This document shows, one piece after another, positions 60,501 to 64,000 of a stretch of DNA of 64,000 bases; position 1 is the first letter of the stretch, and the number at the start of each line of letters is the position of its first letter. This DNA is from an uncultured Erysipelotrichaceae bacterium. Its GTDB lineage: Bacteria > Bacillota_I > Bacilli_A > RF39 > UBA660. The translations under genes and the position numbers were made by a program. The notes beneath the pieces were generated by a model. It saw only the letters and a program-made list of their open reading frames with translations. It ran no database searches and had not been told where the DNA came from. The stretch lies in the NCBI GenBank assembly GCA_902779035.1, contig CACZAH010000004.1:12452-76451 (forward strand). Reading direction: 5' to 3'.

Positions 60501-60694
60501 AAGGCTTTGATATAGTAGATAGAATTAATATTTATTATAGTGGAGATAAAGATATTGATGAGAGTGTGGATAGTTTTAAAGACTTTATTAAAAATGAAAC
60601 TCTCGCTCTAGAAGTAATTAAAAGAGAATCTAGCGCAGTAGTTGATTTAAATGGCCATGAGTGTAGAATAGATGTTGAAGTAGTAAAGAAGTAG
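57596..60694 (+). CDS. ileS: Isoleucyl-tRNA synthetase (long, about 1030-aa form)
   Basis: YANAKPGIHHVF (HIGH region), the WCPRCGTELS editing-domain context, GWFYVLL and KMSKSTGN. Confidence 0.95.
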   Translation: MKFKELSKSSTSGVESKISSNWKKINILDKTIENREGCEDFVFYDGPIYANAKPGIHHVFAKTIKDSFCKYKTMKGKRVLRKIGLDTHGLPIEVNVEKKLGFKSKADIEFFGIENFCKECNKATATNIDEVNHVTDMMGQFIDCDNPYITCTNDYIESEWWIIKEMDKLGLIYHGNKVLWYCPRCGTELSSNEVSQGYENVSVNSLILPFKVKDDDCYFLVWTTTPWTLIANVGLCVNPDYTYLRVESMGYKFIICESLADKVLGDEYKVLEKFKGVDLVGTKYEQLLPFVEVEGKCFEVIADSYVTDSDGTGIVHIAPAYGEDDNRVCRENGFGFVNPVGPDGCYTEGPWKGRLVTDKELELDIIKYLKENDKLFKKIKINHDYPHCWRCHEALISYPKPAWYVKTTAYKDKIIEENNKINWYPEYIGTKRFSNWLDNMVDWGISRNRYWGCPMPIWECECGKHIVIGSLAELQDQVIEDVNIKDIELHRPYVDDLHIKCECGKTMTRVKDVMDVWFDSGVMPYAQFHYPFENKELFESQFPADFIAEGVDQTRGWFYVLLVISTIISGKSSFKNVVVNDMMLDAKGKKMSKSTGNIIDPVDIMTKYGADPIRWYMLSASPVYTPLKFDEEGVKEVISKFFNTLKNTYNFFAIYANADNIDPAEFNIPYNSRAEIDKWLLSKYNKLVCNVTNYMDSYDLTSTVRSIQNFVVEDLSNWYIRRNRRRFWSSVMDDDKKAVYNTTYEVLLGLTKLIAPIAPFVSEDIYTHLKNKQSVHLEDYPVSNESLIDEKIEERMDLVRHIISLGRNIREEVKIKVRQPISEALIDAKNKDLISDLTPLIKEELNVKDVTFIDDISTYMNFSVKPNFKEVGKVLGPKIKEFQAKLQELRNEDINNLRNNKDITIKLDNEDFTVESNMVLINSISKEGFDVALEDNDFIILNTELTPELINEGIAREFVSKVQNLRKQKGFDIVDRINIYYSGDKDIDESVDSFKDFIKNETLALEVIKRESSAVVDLNGHECRIDVEVVKK

Positions 60695-60698
60695 TAAT

Positions 60699-61190
60699 AT
60701 GTGTAGTAAGAAGCTAAGTAAGTTTGATCAGGAATATTTAAAGAAAAACTATATAACAGAATTTAAAATTGATGATAAAAACAAAAAAGTAATTGTATAT
60801 TATATTGATGGAGAATCTTATTCATTTCCTTTAACAGCGAGGGTATTATCAAATGTAAAAAGCAACATGCGTAGTCAATATGATGAATGGAAAGATATGA
60901 TTAAAAGGGTATATATGTTACACCCTGTTAAATTATTATATTTAAATATTGCTTTAAAAAAGCAGAAATTCTTTTTAGAACATGAAAGTGAATTTTCTAA
61001 TTGTAATGTAAAAAAGGATTTTGCTATAGATAAATTATCGAAAAAAGAAGTAGATTTAATGAATAGAGAAAAAGGACGTACTCATAGTTATTTCAATTTA
61101 TCATCAGTAACACGCTATAAATTAAGTACAATGAAAAAAGTACATAGTATAATATCTGCTCAGAGTGAAAATTTTAAAAAATCAAAATAA
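60699..61190 (+). CDS. Hypothetical protein (163 aa)
   Basis: ORF begins 4 nt after ileS. No family recognised. Confidence 0.45.
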   Translation: MCSKKLSKFDQEYLKKNYITEFKIDDKNKKVIVYYIDGESYSFPLTARVLSNVKSNMRSQYDEWKDMIKRVYMLHPVKLLYLNIALKKQKFFLEHESEFSNCNVKKDFAIDKLSKKEVDLMNREKGRTHSYFNLSSVTRYKLSTMKKVHSIISAQSENFKKSK

Positions 61191-61215
61191 AGAAGACTAA
61201 TTGTTGGTCTTCTTT
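61189..61215. terminator. Hairpin terminator at the convergent junction of 60699..61190 and sigK
   Basis: aaagaagac-taattgttg-gtcttcttt; overlaps the last codons of sigK. Confidence 0.6.
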
Positions 61216-61898
61216 TGATTTTTTAAAAATTCTCTAAGCATTTTAGTAAGTGCTCGCTTTTCTATTCTTGATACATAACTTCTTGATATTCCTAATTTTT
61301 TAGCTATCTCTTTTTGAGTATATTCATCACTATCATTAAGTCCATATCTTTTTATAATTATTTCTTTTTCTCTTTCATTTAATACATTAAAATACTGCTT
61401 TAATAAACATATATTATTTTTAGTATGTATATCTTTAATAAAGTCTGGATTATCTGTTTTAAGTATATCTAATATAGTAATTTCATTGCCTTCTTTATCA
61501 AAACCAATTGATTCATTAATGCTTATATTTTTACTATGTTTTTTATTATTTCTAAAATACATTAATATTTCATTTTCTATACATCTAGCTATATATGTAG
61601 TAATTCTTGTGTTATGAGACTTAGAATAAGAATCTATTCCTTTAATAAGTCCAATTGTACCAATGGATATTAAATCATCATTATTATCTTTATTATTATC
61701 ATATTTTTTAACTATGTGAGCAACTAACCTTAAATTATGTTCAATAAGTTTCGCTCGAGCTTCTTTATTACCGTGTTTTAATAATTCGATACATCTTGCT
61801 TCTTCATCTTTATTAAGTGGTTCTGGAAATACATCATTTGAGTATGCTGCAGAAAAGATAAAAAAGTCTTTAAATAAGTATTTTAAAAATCTAAACAT
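61197..61898 (-). CDS. sigK: Sporulation sigma factor, pro-sigma-K-like (uninterrupted)
   Basis: Pro-sequence-like N-terminus ...FIFSAAYSNDVFPEPLNKDEE, then LIEHNLRLVAHIVKKY (as in SigK), region 2 GTIGLIKGIDSY and the region 4 HTH AKKLGISRSYVSRIEKRAL. Confidence 0.8.
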   Translation of the reverse strand: MFRFLKYLFKDFFIFSAAYSNDVFPEPLNKDEEARCIELLKHGNKEARAKLIEHNLRLVAHIVKKYDNNKDNNDDLISIGTIGLIKGIDSYSKSHNTRITTYIARCIENEILMYFRNNKKHSKNISINESIGFDKEGNEITILDILKTDNPDFIKDIHTKNNICLLKQYFNVLNEREKEIIIKRYGLNDSDEYTQKEIAKKLGISRSYVSRIEKRALTKMLREFLKNQKKTNN

Positions 61899-62005
61899 AA
61901 ATCACTTCCTAATTAATGTTATGTTTTTAATTGATTTATATTTGTATTAATAATATAATTATAGTAGTTTTAGTTTTGAATATGAATATAATTAGATGGT
62001 GATAT

Positions 62006-62989
62006 ATGAAAAATTTAATAAAGAATAATTACAAGTTTATAATTGCTTTAATACTAATTTTACTTATATTTTGGTTACCACTTCCATATTATATAGATGC
62101 ACCAGGTGGACTTACTAATCTTAATAAGAAAGTAACTATTAAAGGTAAAAAGATAGATGGTAGTTATAGTTTAACTTATGTATCAGAGTATAAAGCAAGT
62201 ATTCCTTTAATAGTTTATTCTTGGTTTAATAAAGATTATGATATATATAAGAAAGAAGATATATTGCTTGATAACGAGAGCGATAAAGAGTATTATGAAA
62301 GAGATAGATTATTTCTAGAAGAATCATTAAGTAATGCAGTAATATCTGCATATAGTCTTGCTGGTAAAAAAGTAGATAAGAGTAATAATTACTTATATGT
62401 TGGATATATTCTTGATAATAGTAATACTGATCTTAAAGTAGGAGATTCTATTATTAGTATAGATAAAGTTAAAGTAAATACTAAAGAAGATGTTAATAAA
62501 TTATTAAGCAAGAAAAATGTAGATGATAAGATTAGTATTAAAGTTAAGAATAATAATAAAGAATATACTAGATATGCTTATTTAAAAAAAGAAAAAGATA
62601 AAATTATTATAGGAATAATACCTATTGAAGTATTCGATTATAAAGTTAATCCTAAAGTAGATATTAAAACATCTGCATCAGAGTCTGGTGGTAGTGGTGG
62701 TTTAATGTTAGCACTTACTATATATGATTTATTAGTAGATAATAATCTTTCTAAAGGTAGAGTAATTGCCGGAACTGGTACTATTGATTCTAATGGTAAT
62801 GTAGGGGAGATAGGTGGTATTAAATATAAAATAAAAGGTGCGGTTAAGGATAAGGCAGAAGTATTCTTTGTACCAAAAGAGAATTATAAAGAAGCTAAAA
62901 AGTTAGTAGATAAAAGAGGTTATAAGATTAAGCTAGTTAAAGTTAATACATTAGAAGATGCAGTTAACTATTTAAAAACGTCCGGTTAG
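62006..62989 (+). CDS. YlbL/SepM-like PDZ-domain S16 (Lon-like) serine protease
   Basis: N-terminal TM segment, PDZ domain (VGDSIISIDKVKVNTKEDV) and a Lon-like C-terminal domain (SGGSGGLMLALTIYD...GTGTIDSNGNVGEIGGIKYKIKGA). Confidence 0.8.
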   Translation: MKNLIKNNYKFIIALILILLIFWLPLPYYIDAPGGLTNLNKKVTIKGKKIDGSYSLTYVSEYKASIPLIVYSWFNKDYDIYKKEDILLDNESDKEYYERDRLFLEESLSNAVISAYSLAGKKVDKSNNYLYVGYILDNSNTDLKVGDSIISIDKVKVNTKEDVNKLLSKKNVDDKISIKVKNNNKEYTRYAYLKKEKDKIIIGIIPIEVFDYKVNPKVDIKTSASESGGSGGLMLALTIYDLLVDNNLSKGRVIAGTGTIDSNGNVGEIGGIKYKIKGAVKDKAEVFFVPKENYKEAKKLVDKRGYKIKLVKVNTLEDAVNYLKTSG

Positions 62990-63033
62990 AAACACTAAAA
63001 ACGTCCGATTAAGATTATTAAAAACGTCCGATT
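62973..63033 (+). repeat. Three direct copies of TAAAAACGTCCG(G/A)TT with an exact 23-bp period
   Basis: Copies lie at 62973-62987 (inside the last codons and stop of the YlbL-like gene), 62996-63010 and 63019-63033. The core ACGTCCG is conspicuously GC-rich for this genome. Confidence 0.9.
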
Positions 63034-63087
63034 GAAATTGATTTTTATTTATAAATATGATATTATATTTGTGTAAAGAGGTGAATT

Positions 63088-64000
63088 ATGGCTTTAACAA
63101 AAGAGAATTATAAAGAAAGATTAATTGATAAGAAAATATCTAGATATTTAAAAATATTTGGAGCTTTATCTATTGAAGGACCAAAATGGTGTGGTAAAAC
63201 ATGGACATCATTAAATCATGCTAATTCTGTTAAATATATAAACGATGATGCGAATGATAAACTTCTTGCCGAACTTGATGTATCTGAAGTTTTAAAAGGA
63301 GAAAATCCTCATTTGATTGATGAATGGCAATTAGTTCCAAGACTTTGGGACGCTGTAAGAAGAGAATGTGACAAAGATATTTCTAATGGTAAATATATTT
63401 TAACTGGTTCTGCTACACAAAAAACTAACAAAATTAAACATTCTGGTGCGGGTAGAATATGTAAAATTAGAATGTATACTATGAGTTTGTATGAATCTGG
63501 CTATTCTTCTGGTGATGTATCACTTACAGATTTGTTCAATAATAAAGTTAAAAATAAGATAGTTAATAAACTATCACTTAATGACTTAGCAAACTATATT
63601 TTATGTGGAGGATTTCCAAGAAATATTGGTATAAATGTTGATGATGCTCAAATTGTTATTAAAAGTTATATTGCTGATATTCTTGCTAAAGATATTCATG
63701 ACATTGATGAAAAAAGAAGAGACACAAGAAAAATGGAAATGCTTATGAAGTCGCTGGCTCGAAATGAATGTACTCTTGCGAGTAATGAGACTCTAATTCA
63801 TGACATCATAGAAAATGAATACGATTCTATAAATAAAGATACTGTAGGTGAATATTTAGATGTTTTAGATAGATTATTTTTGGTTGATAATCAACCAGCG
63901 TTTAATCCAAATATTAAGTCTAGGGATAATATTGGGAAGTCATCTAAAAGACATTATACAGATCCAGCGTTTGCATGTGCTTTACTTAATCTTAACTATA
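63088..64000 (+). CDS. AAA_14/DUF4143-type ATPase, 3' end beyond the window (not in the ORF track)
   Basis: aggtga RBS. Translation starts MALTKENYKERLIDKKISRYLKIFGALSIEGPKWCGKTWT (Walker A GPKWCGKT), then HLIDEWQ (Walker B). The frame is open to nt 64000. Confidence 0.75.
   Translation, partial: MALTKENYKERLIDKKISRYLKIFGALSIEGPKWCGKTWTSLNHANSVKYINDDANDKLLAELDVSEVLKGENPHLIDEWQLVPRLWDAVRRECDKDISNGKYILTGSATQKTNKIKHSGAGRICKIRMYTMSLYESGYSSGDVSLTDLFNNKVKNKIVNKLSLNDLANYILCGGFPRNIGINVDDAQIVIKSYIADILAKDIHDIDEKRRDTRKMEMLMKSLARNECTLASNETLIHDIIENEYDSINKDTVGEYLDVLDRLFLVDNQPAFNPNIKSRDNIGKSSKRHYTDPAFACALLNLNY

Noticed and set aside
1-64000. Mollicutes-type code (TGA = Trp), considered because of the very low GC
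   Set aside because: TGA ends conserved genes at the expected lengths (for example sufB at 36746-36748 and the CaCA exchanger at 57597-57599). Conserved Trp positions are TGG. The long ORFs need no TGA readthrough.

Overview
This is a strongly AT-rich chromosome segment from a low-GC Firmicute that uses the standard genetic code: TAA, TAG and TGA all terminate conserved genes, and Trp is TGG. There are about 60 genes, almost all on the + strand. An intact pro-sigma-K gene suggests an endospore-former lineage.

Most of the window is recognisable housekeeping:
- Nucleic-acid metabolism: RmuC, RNase R, SmpB, endonuclease IV, PolC, MutM, SSB, RuvAB, DnaE.
- Translation: L33, EF-P, L28, S4, IleRS.
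- Cell division and envelope: a PBP, EzrA-SepF-DivIVA, a YlbL-like protease.
- Other: SOD, SufB, FeoAB.

Features I found that are missing from the ORF track:
- rpmG (21374-21541).
- An Ile T-box leader (56431-56627).
- An ArsC/Spx-family gene broken by one in-frame TAG (38338-38706).
- A 3'-open AAA ATPase gene (63088 to the window end).

Accessory or unusual content:
1. A 1469-aa surface protein with dockerin-like repeats, an M34-like HExxH...EFFA core, nine ~100-aa repeat modules and a Cys-hairpin tail. An orphan Cys-hairpin ORF lies just downstream.
2. A four-gene block between rnr and smpB. It holds two mosaic paralogs of a secreted Cys-rich protein that end in a VirB2/Maff2-like two-helix membrane hairpin, plus two CapA-like paralogs. 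One of the Cys-rich paralogs is frameshifted at a T7 tract.
3. A complete DpnII-type (dpnM-dpnA-dpnB) GATC restriction-modification cassette placed directly behind an orphan prepilin gene.
4. A tightly packed operon encoding a C11-like peptidase, an Asn-rich membrane protein, a PrsW-like protease and a protein of unknown function.
5. An Rpn-type nuclease with a 12-bp in-frame repeat.
6. A triple 23-bp-periodic direct repeat at the 3' end of the YlbL-like gene.

No rRNA, tRNA or CRISPR array was seen. All homology statements rest on motif recognition by eye and memory. No searches were run.
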